From the human T2T-CHM13v2.0 reference genome, Homo sapiens: a DNA stretch of 64,000 bases. Shown here one piece after another: positions 22,835 through 49,788 of the stretch (positions are counted from its first letter, which is position 1; each line of letters starts with the position of its first letter). The notes beneath the pieces are model-generated. The model ran no database searches and was not told the DNA's origin. It saw nothing but the letters and a program-made list of their open reading frames with translations. The translations under genes were made by a program, and so were the position numbers. The stretch is taken from NCBI RefSeq assembly GCF_009914755.1, contig NC_060934.1; one strand, 5' to 3'.

Positions 22835-23265
22835 TAGCTGGGACTACAGGTGTGCACCACTGCATCTATCTAATTTTTAAATTTTTAGTAGAGATGAGGT
22901 TTCACCATGTTGGCCAGGCTGGTCTCAAACCCCTGACCTCAAGTGATCTACCTGCCTCAGCCTCCCAAAGTGCTGGGATTACAGGTGTGAGCCACTGAGC
23001 CCGGCCAGGTTTTGTTCACTGAGGATGTGCCAGTGTCCCAAGTTGTAAAAAGTTAATTCCATAGGCTTGCTTCTTACCTTCTTAGTTCGAAAATCATATA
23101 TATCTCATCGTAGGAATACACTAAGGCGTGGATACTAAATATAGAAAGTATGTTTGGGATGATCTGACTTGAAATATGGTTGTGTTATGAATGGAAATCA
23201 CTTTGTGTTACATTGGGGTGCATAGAGAACTAGGCAGAACTCTCAGAGCAGCTGATAAGGTGCTA

Positions 23266-23628
<363 letters not shown>

Positions 23629-23869
23629 CTATGAGCTCCAAATTTCAGTATTGATTGCTAATTAATCTGCTTCTCACATGAGCAACTCTGTGTTCCTGGG
23701 TCAGCAGCAGGGATTTGTTTGTATCATTCAATTATTTAATGATAGTTACAAATTTAACTTAATAATAATATACAATGATATGCTGAATAATGGAGGTAAT
23801 TATACTTAACATCATAATTTTAATATAGATTGTATCTGCATTCAATGTAAGGCATTGTTTCCTAGAGTC

Positions 23870-24040
23870 AAGTCCCAGGACTATGTGCATCAGAAACATT
23901 TAGTGATACTTATTAAAATGCAGATTCCTAGGCTCTGGCTCAGACCTGATGAGAAACTCTGGGAGGTGAGGTCCAGGAATCTACGTTTTAGCAGAACCCC
24001 ATGTGATATTTATGTACATTAAGGTGCTAGAACCCCATGC
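23870..24040. mobile_element. MER5-like hAT DNA transposon fossil
   Basis: GCATCAGAA..TTAAAATGCAGATTCCTAGGC..CCAGGAATCT motif series typical of MER5A. Confidence 0.65.
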
Positions 24041-24580
24041 TTCTGTAATTAAGGAAGCTCAAGCTACAGAGTATTGGAAAAGCTTTTACAGGGAGAAGCA
24101 TCTGAATCAGAAAGTTATTCCCAAGGGGAACCCAGCCTGGGGACAGAGGGACACAATAAGTGTTCCCAGCTGCCTTAGGAGCCTAGGAGCTGCAACCCTC
24201 TCCTTCCCTGGAGCTCCCTGTGCTGGGAGGAGAATTCTGCTGTGTGGACCCCAACTGGGGGCTAAGCCTGGTAACCACAGCACTGGGTCTCTCAGGGATC
24301 TAAGGGGAGATCTCCGAGATGAAAGGTAGGCACTCTCTAATGACCTTTGAAGAATATTCTAGATTGCTTCAAGGAAGATGAGAAAAAGAAAAGAGAGATT
24401 GTTTGACTAGGAACACAGACTGGGCAGGAGTCATTCCTGGGGCATTTGAATGGAATTACCCAAATGGTTGTCCCAGGGCTGTGGTAATTAACTATTTCCT
24501 CGGCAATCTAGAGCCAGGACCATCTCTCAGGAACTCTGCAAGTTTGGAGTAGAGCAAATACTCCAGAATTCCCCCACTTT

Positions 24581-25234
24581 TGTTCCTGGACCAAACTGAG
24601 GATCGGGCTGCTATTTCTCGTGGCCCAATAATGAGACCCAGATGAAACTGGGGAGGAAGAGAGTTTTTATTTCTGCAACCAGCGACAGGGAGAAGGCCTA
24701 GAAATTATCGCCAGACCAACTCAAAACTACAAAGTTTTCCAGAGCTTATATACCTTTTAAGCTATATGTCTACGTGTAAGTGTGCATTCGTCTAAAGACA
24801 TAAGTGATTAATATCTTTTAATCCGTAACTAAGGTGTGAGTCCTGAAGACCTTCCTCTGGAGCCTCAGTAGGTTTACTTAATCTAAATGAGTCCAGGTGC
24901 TGGGGTGATTACCTTTATCTTGTCTCCTGCTAAATCATAGAGGTTTGGGGAGTTCCTTTAGACCCCCAGTAAACTTGTTTGTGGACACCTGCGGAATTTC
25001 TTCAGATCCACAATAAAACTTGTTTAATCTTAAATGGGTCCTGTTAAGAATTCCTTCCTTATTTTGTGATGCTTCAAGGCCCAGGAAAGGCATATAGGCA
25101 AAACTCTTGATGGGCTTTTGTTACATCCCAGCCTTTGTATAAGAAAACTGGCTTCTAATATTCAACTTAACCACTAATTCAGTACTCAAACAGTTGTTAT
25201 GGAGGCGTGCATTAGTGAGACCTGGCCTGCCACA
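24581..25234 (-). mobile_element. ERV1-class solo LTR (LTR15-like), intact 654 bp
   Basis: TG...CA termini, 4-bp TSD CTTT (24577-24580, 25235-25238); minus-strand TATA-like box (rc of CTTATATA 24745-24752) and AATAAA (rc of 24666-24671). Family name from memory. Confidence 0.85.
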
Positions 25235-25419
25235 CTTTAACACCCCAAGAAGGGTTATATTCTGGTGATGTCTGGTTAAAATAAAACCTGAATGCCTGCT
25301 TATAGAGAAGCAATCTTTCCTGCTATAGCAGACAGAGCATGCCTTCCCCGGGGAAATCCACATCTGCAGGATGGAGACATTTTGTATCTAAAACCTACAT
25401 TTAGTGCTATCTTCCTTTG

Positions 25420-30030
<4,611 letters not shown>

Positions 30031-30190
30031 GCACTATGAGGCCAGAGGGTAGATTGGGGCCAGACAGAGCAGCCCATGAAGGACCTGAATTCCGGGTGAG
30101 GAGTGTGGGCTTGTCCTGCAGGCAGGCAGGTGGAGTCACTGGCTATGCTTTAACAGAGGTGTGTTATGAACCAACTGCTGAAATACTGGA

Positions 30191-31025
<835 letters not shown>

Positions 31026-31737
31026 TTGTATTAGTCGGGTCTCTTTGCAAGTACAAAAGAAAGAAAGAAAAAAGAAAAGAAAAGAACCATGTATTGACTT
31101 AGATAACCGAGTGCTCAGCATCTTTCTCGCTTTACCTCTTGGATCTGCTTTCCTTGCTGTTGATTTTGGGCAGTCTCTTTCCATGAGTGGCCCTGGAGCC
31201 CCAGGCTTACATCCTACCAGCTTAGCAATGTTAACGAAGGGTCCTCTCTCCTGGTAATTTTAGCATAACCCAGGATGATGAGTATTGACTCTCACTAACC
31301 CATCTTCTGTCCAGGGCTGTCCCTGGACCAAACCCTGTGGCCTAGGAGAAATTCTCATGGGTCAGGCATGAATTTCATATGCATCCCTGAAGCTGAAACT
31401 TCAGAAGCCCCCCTAAAGCACAGGGAATGAGACCTGGGGGCTGGTGATTCCTTAGAGGAAAACTGGCAGATTGCTATCCCCAAAACAACAATGGCGGTGA
31501 TAATTGCACAACAGTGTGAATATACTTAATGCCACAGAACGGTACACTTACAGATGAGTAAGGCTGGGCATGGTGGCTCATGCCTGTAATCCCAGCACTT
31601 TGGGAGGCCGAGGGGGATGGATCACTTGAGCCCAGGAGTTCAAGAACAGCCTGGTCAACATGGTGAAACCCCGACTCTACTACAAATATAAAAATTAGCT
31701 GGGTGTGGCAGTGCGTGCCTATAGTCCCAGCTACTCA

Positions 31738-31869
<132 letters not shown>

Positions 31870-32427
31870 TTAAACTTTATGTTACGTATATTTTGCCACA
31901 CACAAAAACACAGAATCAGTCTAGGCTATAGCATCAACCCATGGACTTTTGATGAACCTGCTAAAAAAGAGGATCTTTCTCTTTCTACTGAGGATGCTAG
32001 GCTGGTCTGAGCCTAGGATGGAGCTGTTGGGGCCATCATGTCCCCAGGTGAGGAAAGAACCTGCCTGAGAGCAAAGACAACATGAGGAAAGCAGAGCCCG
32101 GAGATGCAGGCAGGCAGGTTCCTGATGATGACTGGGACACCTGGACCCAGCTGTGCCTGAAGCCCTCATCTATCCAATAAAGTCCTTATGCTTAGATCAA
32201 TTCAATTTGAGCTTGAACTGGCCATTAAAAGAGTCCAGACTTATAAAAACAAAAAGTACAAGGGATGGTGGGTAGGAAGCAGCAAGATAAATCTACAAAC
32301 AGCAATTCCTGGACAAGGGTGAAGCAAGGACAGTCTAAAGGCCAGAAAACAGCAGAATGTTCTTAAACAAATGTAGATGTAAGATGTCGAGAAAATGGAA
32401 AGGAAGGATGGTAAGAGAAGCTTTAAA

Positions 32428-34110
<1,683 letters not shown>

Positions 34111-34666
34111 TGTTCATTGGAAAGAGACCTGGATTTGAGTTCTGGCTATGTGGCTTTCTAGCTGTGTGACCTTGGGCAAATTATTTAACCATTCTGAGCT
34201 TCTTTTTTCTCCTCTGTAATGAAGCCCGTCTCATAGATTTGTGATGAGGGTTAAATTAGACAATATTCGTGCCAGGTTCATGTTCAGCACTCAGTAGATG
34301 GGATTTGATCCTATTGTTATTGAGGTCTGGGGCTGGGGTGGGGGGGTGAATGGCAGTGTCATTGACAGTAATAGGGACATAAAGGGCCGGAGCTGGTGAG
34401 GGGGTAAGAAAAGTTCAGTTGGGTCGTGGTGAGCTAGAGCTGATGATGTGCCATCCAGGTGGAGCAGCTGGGCTAGAGCTCTGGGATTGGGTCTCAACTG
34501 GAGATCAAGATTTGTGAGTGGTAGGTTTTGAGGTAGAAATGAAGGATGTGAGGGCCAAGAATGTTAGCGCTGTGAGGGCAGGAAGGGTCTTGGAGCCCCG
34601 GGTCTAAGAACAGTGCCTGGCACAAAGTAGGTTCTTACTTATTTGCCTATATTTTTTAAGAGATAG

Positions 34667-35173
<507 letters not shown>

Positions 35174-35423
35174 TAAACTCCTGGCCTTAAGCAATCCCCC
35201 TCTGCCTCCATGTGTATCTGGGGTTACAGGCGTGAGCTAGGCCCTCAGTAACTGTTGAAGTGTAAATGAAATCAGGGAAAGAGAAAGACAACTAGTCCTG
35301 GGGCCATGGGTAGGAAGGGCGGGGTCTGAGACAAAGCTGTTCTGAGACTCACAGGGATGCCAATTTCCTTTGGAAACATTTGCTTTTAACCACCAGGGAA
35401 TCCTTCCTGAAGCGTTTGCTTGA

Positions 35424-35784
<361 letters not shown>

Positions 35785-36150
35785 TGATTTGGCTCAAGAG
35801 CTGGAGTTCAGAGAGAGGTGCCTGCTGTCCGCTGGTCCTTCAGGCACCGTTTCACATTTAGTCGTCCTTTTACACAGGTTACCTTGACCTTGAGTTGTCT
35901 TGTTTCACCTTGTGGAAGGGAGAGAAGGTGTGTGATTCTTGTGACTGGGACTTGTGGTAGACGTTCATCAATATTCAAGTCCTTCTTTACTGTCTCACAG
36001 AAGAATGAAGAGGAGCTGCAGGACAAGTTCCAACATCTCTTTTCCATCTTCATCCACTCCTGCCATGGGTGTGCAGAGGATGCACAGAGCGGCAGACCCT
36101 CTGCTCACCCTCCCCGTGGCCCAGTGCACTCCTGTTCTGGATACGCATGA

Positions 36151-36426
<276 letters not shown>

Positions 36427-37264
36427 TGAACTCCTGACCTAAGGTAATCCACCCACCTCAGCCTCCCAGAGTGCTGGGATTACAGGTGTGAGTCACCTCG
36501 CCCAGCTGGAATGGACATTTTTAAGGTGAGTATGATTTCAACAAAGTCATCCTTTCTCAATTTTAAATTTTGTTTCAGGTGTTTTAAGTCAATGTCAATG
36601 GTTGAAAACTATTGGATAGAGGAGATCTGGGAACTTACACAGACTGCACATGAATGCTTAGGGAAAGAATTCTCCTTTGTCCATGCTTTTGCTGTAAGCT
36701 GTGCTCTTTTGTGTTTAACCTCGTCATATACAACATGGACTGTCTGCCAAGGGCCTCTTGGTGATCTGCAAGGCGTTCTCAGATGGCTGTCTCTGAGGGC
36801 CTGGTCCCTCCTTTAGCTTGTCAAAGGACACAGAGATGGGTCACTGGAGCTGGCTCTCCTTGGGATACAATCCAGTCCCCTCAGCTAGGGCATTTGTATC
36901 ACTGCCCTCGGGTGGAGCTCAACAGTGACCCCATGGTTAGGCCATCTGGAAACAGGCTGCTGACACCCGGGACTTCTGTGCTGCCAGGAGGAACAAGGCA
37001 GGAGGATGCGTCCCTGCACCCAGGCTGCCCTCCAAACCTGTGGAATGCAGCCCCTGGTCATAGAGGAGGCCCAACTGTTGCTGACACGTATGGGAATCCA
37101 GAGGCTGGGCTCCCCTTCATACAGCCAGGGCCCCACTCAGACCTGAGCCAACCCATCATATGCCAGATGGGACAGAGTGCTCACATGGGCCACTTGCCGG
37201 ACCCTCTGACACTTTTAGGAAGCAGGTATTTTCACCATGGCCACACCCAATGCTAGTAAGTGCC

Positions 37265-37654
37265 TGTGATGGTTAATTTTATGTGTCAGCGTGGCTAGGC
37301 TCTGGTGCCCAGTTGTTGGTCAAACATTGTTCTAGATGTTGCTATGAGGGTATTTTTTTGAATGAGAGTAACATTTAAATAAGTAGACTCTGAGTAAAGC
37401 AGATTACCTCCCACAGTGTGGGTGGGCCTCACCCAATCAGTTGAAGGCCTTAAGAGAAAAGACTGAGGTCCCCCGAGGAGAAAAGAATTCGTCTCTAGAC
37501 CACCTTAGGATTTAAGGCCACAACATAAACTTCTGCTAGAATTTCCAGCCTCCTGGCCTGCCCTGAAGATTTCAGACTTGCCTGACCAGATCATCGCATG
37601 AGCCGATTCCTTAAAGTCTCTCCTGCTGTTTTTCTGGAAAACCTGACTACTACA
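37265..37654 (+). mobile_element. ERVL solo LTR (MLT2-type)
   Basis: TGTGATGGTTAATTTTATGTGTCA start, ..CTGACTACTACA end, 5-bp TSD GTGCC (37260-37264, 37655-37659). Confidence 0.88.
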
Positions 37655-37963
37655 GTGCCTGAGGTGGGACCCGATTACCCCATTCTGCCTTCCAGCTGCT
37701 GGCGGTGCGTGTATTTGCCCGGAAGGGTGATCCAGGGCTTCATCAGGCAAAGCATTGGGGATGGAAGTTCCGGCGACTCTCATGGCCTCGCCTGGTGAGG
37801 GGCACCCCTGGGGCAAACCCCGTTTCCTACTGATTCCATGTCAGCACTGCTTTTCCTGCTGGCAGAAATCAAATCAAGCCAGTTACCATGGCTCACACCT
37901 GTAATCCCAGCACTTTCAGAGGCCGAGGCGGGTGGACCACCTGAGGTCAGGAGTTCAAGACTA

Positions 37964-38161
<198 letters not shown>

Positions 38162-39219
38162 TCAAAGAAAAAAAAATGTTCCCGCCATCTAGGCATGAAC
38201 TGTCTGCTGAAGCCCCTCAAATCTCCTGCCTTGCCCTGGATGGAGACCTGTTTTTATTTTGTTATTTCTGTCTATAAAAGCAGCTAGATTACTATGTCTT
38301 TCCTTTTTATTGAAATTTGAAAAACTGCACACCACTTATGTGAGCCACGTTGTAATGGAAAAGGCAGGTGCCTCCAGAGGAGACACACAGGGCAGCATGT
38401 GTCTGCGTAATGTGTGTCATCAGAATACACGTGTGTGGGTTTTTGTCTAGCTCCCTTCATCTGCACGGCGCCAACAATGATTGTGAAGTATCTGTGAGCC
38501 ATGAGTTCCTTTACTAATGCAGCACATGCTACTCAGGGCCTCCTCTGTGCCAGGCACCACACTGGGTTCCGGGGACCCAACAGGGAACGAGACACAGTCC
38601 CTGCCCACAGGGAATGTGCAGCCTAAGTGTCATCTCTGAGGCTGGGTTCGAAGGGAAGTGAGGAGCGTTAGAATTGGGGCCTGCAGCCTCTTAACTATTT
38701 GGCTATTTATCATTACAACGGGGCTCTATGAACCTAGTAATATTTTCTGTTTGAGTCAAAGACATTAGCATTTTTTAGAGCCAGCCAGCCGGAAGTGGGC
38801 TCTCCAACCTTCCCTCCACAGCTTCTCTGTGCATCTCACCGTGGCACCTTCACTTTCTGCCCCTACCATGTGATTTTGTAGATGTGGTGTCCACAGGCTG
38901 AGCTTTGGCCTCACCCAGACCTGGGATTGGGTCCCAGCCACACCATTTCTAGCCGTGTGATCTTGGCCTCACGACTTAGCCTCTCTCAGCTTCCCTTTCC
39001 TCATCTATAATACTAATTTGGGGGAAAATAATAGCTCTGTACTTTTATTGGTGGGGCTGTTAGGGAGATTAGTGAGATGATACATACCATAGTCCCTTGC
39101 ATAAGTTTCAAATAATGTTACCTGCCACAGTCCCTTGCAAAAGTGCTAAAGGCAAGTCCCTTGCAAAAGTGCTAAATAAATGTTAACTTCCTTTTTTTAA
39201 GTTTTTTTTTTTTTTTTGA

Positions 39220-39321
<102 letters not shown>

Positions 39322-40773
39322 TGAGTAGCTGGGATTACAGGCACCTGCCACCACACCCAGCTAATTTTTGTATTTTTAGTAGAGACAGGGTTTCACCATG
39401 TTGGCCAGGCTGGTCTCAAATGTCTGACCTCAGGTGATCGGCCTGCCTCAGCCTCCCAAAGTGCTGGAATTACAGGGGTGAGCCACTGTGCCCAGCCATA
39501 AATGTTAACTTCTATAATATTATTTTTGTTATTGTTACTTATCTCCTTACTTATGTATTTTTCATTATTCAAGGGCAAGGACCATTTTTCCCCTTCTCCT
39601 CTTACCCTCCTCCTTGTTCTAAATAGGACTTATGGCAAATTTCAGCAAGTTGATGAGAAAAATAGAGGGAAAATGAAGATATAAACATAAAATGGAGCCA
39701 GCAGAGACTAATACAGAAAGTACATCCTTACTTTAGTGGGTCACAGGATTGGCTCTAAGCTTCCTAGCACCCAATGAGATGAAAGAAACTGAATTAGTTA
39801 CATAATGTAACACTGTTGTCCATGAAATAAAACAAGCGAATAGCTCAGGAGAAACACACCTGGGCGACATTCTTTTTTTCCTTCTCACTTCCTTCTTGAC
39901 CTTGTGATTCATTTTGCTGAAGGGAAGACCATTTGTTGGAAAGTGTTTCTGAATGCGATGGGAGTCCTGGCCCTTGGTAGAGGCCCACCCCTCGCTGTCT
40001 TCAGCTGATCTGTTAGTAATAGAGAAGATCTAGTTCCTGGCCCAGAGAACTGATCCTGCAATAGGGCTGTGTTTTTGAAACCAAAAGCGTCATACAGATA
40101 ACAAAGGAGATGTGTCTCACTGTGGTTAGGCTATTTTGTAGCAACACTTGTTTCCACTCTTTTGCAATTTCAGGTTCTGTCAGACTTGATCTAAACATGA
40201 ATGTGCAAGTCCAGTGCTCAGGCTGATATAACCACTGTCTGGGCCCTGAGTTGATTTGAATTTCCACTTCCAATCTGTGGTGCAACGTATGTAACACAGC
40301 AAATCAGTAAGGCTTTATCAAGCACTTTCTTTGTGCAAGGCCCCTGTCCCAGGCCCTGCCTGGGAACCTTGCTTCCAGCTTGAGGTAATGGGGGTCAAGA
40401 AGGAGGGGCAGGTAACCCTGGTTTTGAGAACTCAGGAGGGAGCTTGTAAACTCAGGAAGCTAGAGAGGCCTGGAAACTTCATGGTGGAGGTAGGACTTGA
40501 AGGATGAGGGGGGTAGGAAGGAGAAGAGGCTGTGCATGATGAGAAGGACTCCAGCTGCCACGGTCCAGTGGTGTTCAGACTCCAGGAAGAGCCTGACCTA
40601 CTTGGAGTGGAGGGGAGGAGAGAGGGAGGGTGTGGACGTCAGGATGTCCTGGAGCCCAAGGCTGCTACAGCTGCTCCCTGCTCCCCACATCAGCTACCTG
40701 ACATGGGAGTCAGGGAAATCCTTGCTCCTCCTGTTGCCCACCTCAGGGGATCCTAGAGAAGAATCCAATATGA

Positions 40774-40900
<127 letters not shown>

Positions 40901-41243
40901 TAGCTGGGATTACAGGCATGTGCCACCATGTCTGCTTAATTTTTGTATTTTTAGTAGAGATGGGATTTCACCATTATGGCCAGGCTGGTCTTGAACTCCT
41001 GACCTCAAGTGTTCCACCCACCTCGGCCTCCCAAAGTGCTGGGATTCCAAGTGTGAGCCAATGTGCCCAGTCCAATATGAGACTTTTTGAAACAATTTGC
41101 TACTTAGGGATTTATGAACATTAAAATATATATCATCTGGCCAGGTGTGGTGGCTCACATGTGTAATCCTAGCACTTTTGGAGCCAAGATGGGAGGATCA
41201 CTTGAGCCCAGGAGTTCGAGCTCAGCCTGGGCAATAGCTGCTA

Positions 41244-41474
<231 letters not shown>

Positions 41475-42258
41475 TCACATTTCTGTCCAATGGAAATTGC
41501 TAGATCCCAGCTGCTAGCTTTGTAGAAAACCTGCAGGTCAGCATTGCATTCCAGGTTTGCAGGTAGAACTAGACCATGACCTTCACTTGGGATCATGTCA
41601 AGATCCTAAAATTGGTTGCAGAAATATTTCTTTTTCCATCCGTTGAAGAAAATAACTCTACTGTGGTTATCTTTATTTTGGCATCTTGGGAGAAACTTAA
41701 GGAAGAATGTTGACCCCAAATGTGCTGGTATCTGAAACATTTGGTTACTCTTCAAACCACTAGATCACATGTCCCTGATAGATGGTGGGGCCACTGAGGA
41801 GGAGTCTGGGGGCATGGGGAGCAGGCAGAAGGGGGGCCCAGTGGGCTGGCATCTGTGAGGACAAGAGCAGGGCTCTTGCGTCTGTGAGTTGTTTAACCTC
41901 ATCTCTCTATTCTGCATATAAGGGGATGGAGACTCAAGAAGTTAAAGAAAATTTACCCAAGGTCACAGAGCTAGAAAGTGGCAGGAGTCCGGCTTCAAAA
42001 TTCAGATGACTACACACCCCAGTTCCCTCTCAGCCAGGCCACCTTCCTTAGAGAACAACCAAACCCACACCAAAAGGCGAACACAAGCTGAATCACCAGG
42101 ACTCATCAGCAGCGAGGCTTCCTTGGTCCTTTCCCTAGAAATTCAGGTTAGTGGCTCTGGGGCCTGGGCACCTGGGTTTCCACCCTCTCCCCTCTCCCCA
42201 GGTGATTCTCAGGACCAGCCAGATCCTGGGACCACCTTGTAAAGAGCCTTCACTCTAG

Positions 42259-42623
<365 letters not shown>

Positions 42624-42900
42624 TAGAGTCAGATGGGGAAGAGCAAGCAAGAGGAAGTTGTGTCCTTTCTGTGGAAACTTGAGAACTGAGTAGATGGCAG
42701 CATGTGTCACTCTCATAGGCGCAAGAAGCTGTGGAAACTGCTGCTTGCTGACTTCAGCTCCCCCACACCCTCCACCCTCCAGCTGCTGATGTCAACAAAG
42801 AATCTTAAGGCCGGGCACGGTGGTTCATGCCTGTAATCCCAGCACTTTGGGAGGCCGCGGTGGGTGGATCACTTGAGGTCAGGAGTTTGAGACCAGCCTA

Positions 42901-43086
<186 letters not shown>

Positions 43087-43509
43087 TCAAAAAAGAAAAA
43101 AAAAAAAAGAATCTTAGCTGCCCTCCAGGGCTGGGGGCAGTGAAGGGAACTGATTGAGTCCTGAGCAGGGGGCTTCAAGTGCAAGCTGTGCCTCAAAGCA
43201 ACTGTGATCCCCTGAGTAAGACACCCTGCCCCTCCTCTGTCCACAGGCTCCTGTACTGAAAAAAATGAAGCAGCTGGAAGCAGTCTTGAGCCCATAAATC
43301 TGTACCCACTGCAGGGGTCCTGAACTTTTTGTGGGGGGCACACCCCTTTGAAAATCTAATAAAATGATCAACCCTCTCTTGGGGAAAAAAAGCAGACATC
43401 CAAATTTTGGCTGACAATTTCAGGGAAATGAATGGACTTCCCCAAGCTCATTCAGGAAGCTCTGGGGGTCACTGGCCTATGTTAAGCACTGCTGGTCTGT
43501 CCAGAAGCC

Positions 43510-44130
<621 letters not shown>

Positions 44131-44316
44131 TCCCCGCTGCTCTGTGATGACACCCTGGAGGCATGGCCTCATGGCCGGACCTCTAAAGTCAGTGTAGGCC
44201 CTTCACGGAAAGCCCAGCACTTCCTCTTTCTGGAAGTTGTAGTTAAGAGAATGGGCAGGGAAATCTTCACCAGAACAAGCTGTAAGTTGTGTTTTCCTGA
44301 CAAGATCGCAAGCTCT

Positions 44317-45550
<1,234 letters not shown>

Positions 45551-45675
45551 GCACTTTTCTTGCAAAGACATGTCTAATGTGTAAGGCTTCTGGGTCCTCT
45601 CCAGGGATGGGCACCTGGCAGATGGAGTGACCGATCTTTGGCCACCTGTGGGACTGGAGCTCCAGGTAACATTGC

Positions 45676-46126
45676 TGTATTATATTCCTAGGGCTGATCC
45701 AACAAAGTGCCACAAACTGGATGGCTTACAGTGACATCCCTCACTGTTCTAGAGGCGAGAAGTCTGAAATCAAATTGCTGGCAGGGTCATGCTGCTGCTG
45801 AAGGCTCTGGGGGAGGCATGTCCTTTTCTCTTCCTGGCTTCTGGTGTTGCTGGCAATCTTCAGTGCTTCTCAGCTTGCAGATGCACTGCCCTCATCGTGG
45901 CCCCCGTGGTCACTTGATGTCATCTCTCTGTCTCACATCCTCTTCCTTCTGTGTTCAAATTTCCCTCTTGCTAACAAGTCATCAGCTATTGGATTAGGGC
46001 CCATCCTCATCCATTATTACCTCATTTTAACTTGATGACATCTGCAAATAGCCTATTTCCAAATAAGGTCACATTCTGAGGTTCCAGTACACATGAATTT
46101 TGGGGGGACACTGTTCAATCCAGTAT
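45676..46126 (-). mobile_element. MLT1-type MaLR LTR
   Basis: TGTATTA..CCACAAACTGGATGGCTTA..CTATTTCCAAATAAGGTCACATTCTGAGGT signature. Confidence 0.82.
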
Positions 46127-48031
46127 GATTGATGAGTACATTTTGTGAGAAAGATACTTCCAAAGAGTTTGGGTAGAGCTTAGGTAATTTCTCCAGCATC
46201 TTCTAACCCCAAATAGGGACAGAACAGAGTGCTTACGTGTGCCAGGCAATGGTCTCGATGCCAGGGACACGATGATGGACATGACACAGTCTTTGCCCCC
46301 GCAGAGCTCAGATCCTAGTGATGGAGGCGGACAATCAATACGTGGATATCTGTCAGTATGTAATATGATATTGGGTTGTGTCAGCAGAGTAGAGGCATGG
46401 AGAGGAACAGGCCGGTAGAGGTGGTAGGCTATTTTCGATAGGAAAGAATGGCAGGGAAGACCACTGTCACCTGTGAGGTGACATTGAGTTGCAGAAGTAG
46501 TGATTTAGTGAGGAGAAAAAGCACCAAGCCCCTAAGGCAGGAATATGATTGGTAAGTTCAAAGCACACGGAAGGGGACAGATGATGTGTCTCACCCACCA
46601 TGACCTGGGCTGGGAGCTGGGTATCAGGCCTCTTGGCCCAGAGCTGCTGGTCTGGAGTGGGGAAGGTGGTGGGGAGGAGATTTCTCCCGCTTCTGGTCAA
46701 GGGTTTCACTTCCTTCAGCCCTGCTTCCCCCATTGTTCAGCTGGGGTGGAGGCTGGTTACCCCTGGCTCTGGCTGGAGCAGTCCAGTGCCATTGTCATTG
46801 TCTTTTCCAGACAATAAGAACAGAATTCCGTCCTTTCTTTGCTGCTGGCTTTAAACCTCCAGGTCCTAAAGCCCCTTCTCTCACTTCTTTGTTAATCTCA
46901 GGGTGTGCCTGAGGCTTTTCACTCTGCCTCCGCTTTCACCACTGCCTGGTGGCTGGTGCGTGGGCTTCTTACCTGGCTCCCTCCTTCACCTCCTGCGAGT
47001 CTTCCTTCTTGGATGAGCGCCCCGACCACCTTACTGAAGGAACATGCACTCCTCTCCCAGCTGCCTTTGTACCTTGCTCCTTTCCCCCATGGCATGCTGT
47101 AGAATTTCCTTAGGCATTATGTGTTGTTCTGGGTCTCTGTCACCCTCACTGCTATCTACTAGATTGTAAGCTCCACGAGGGCAAAGATGGGTACTTTTTG
47201 TTCATGGATATAGCCCAAGCACCTAGAGCAATGCCTGCCACACAGTAGGTACTCAAAAAGTATTTGCGGACTGAAATGAATAAACAAGTGAATGGGTTGT
47301 AGGGTAGAATCCTAAATGGCTGAACTGGAAGACTCGCACAGGAATTCCCCTGTGCTGCCCCTACGAGGGAACTGAGATGCAGAGAACAGAAAGGAATTCT
47401 TTAGAGAATCGGATGGGAGGCTGGACACAGAGCTTGCCCTCAGGAAATTTACACGAATTGGGGGTGGGGTGGGCAGTGCCACCTCCTTGCACAACTCCAG
47501 GGGGTGTCATTTTCATTGAACACAGTATAGGTGGTGCTCCTGGAGTGGTGCCTGGCCTGGGGGTGAGGTAGTTGAGGAGAGACTGTGGCCGGACCATGGT
47601 GTGGGGCTCAGAAGAGAGAGTGCAGGTGTGACAGCTCAAAGGGCCCAACCCAAGAAAGAACATCACCAGCCCAGGGCCAGGAAGGGTGTGGTGGAGGATG
47701 GGCGCCACGGTCAACACACAGAGATCCAACACACACACTCCCAACACCATCTCTGGTGTTTTCTATGCCCAGCACAAGGCCTGGCCAACCCAGTAGGTGA
47801 AGTCGCCCAAGGTGCCCAGTAGGTGAAGTCTTTTATTCTTGTTGTTGTTTTGAGACAGGGTCTTGCTCTACCGCCCAGGGTGGAGTGTAGCAATGCTGTT
47901 TGCATTGGGCTGACTGAAGTCTCAATAGGGCTCACTGAATCCTCGATCTCCCAGGCTCAAGTGATCCTCCCACCTCAGCCTCCAGAATTTCTGGAACAAC
48001 AGCTGCAGGCCACTACGCCTAGCTAATTTAA

Positions 48032-48169
<138 letters not shown>

Positions 48170-48524
48170 TGAAGTCTTGATGAGGGGCTGTGATGGTCTG
48201 GCTTGGGAGCAGAGCTGAGGTTTGCTCTAGCACCTGGCCCTCTTGTCCAGTGGGGCTCACTCCTCTTGACTCTGTTCCCCTTGCTGCTGGCTCTTCACTT
48301 TGCTGCCTGATAGAATCTAAAATCCCCTGGGGAATTTTAGAAAACATGGGATGCGAGGGGAGTCAGGGGGCACATCCTCGGGGATTTCCATTCAGGTGGT
48401 GAGGAGCGGGACTGGACATCCCCTCACCACGTGATACTTGTGTTAGCCAGGCTTGAGAACCCCTGCTCTAGAAGCTGTCCCGATGACATGGAAGGACCCG
48501 GGTAAAAGATTCATAACCCTGTAG

Positions 48525-49788
<1,264 letters not shown>

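Noticed and set aside
25320-25331. 12-bp perfect palindrome CTGCTATAGCAG
   Set aside because: Palindromes of this length are expected by chance in 64 kb; no supporting context
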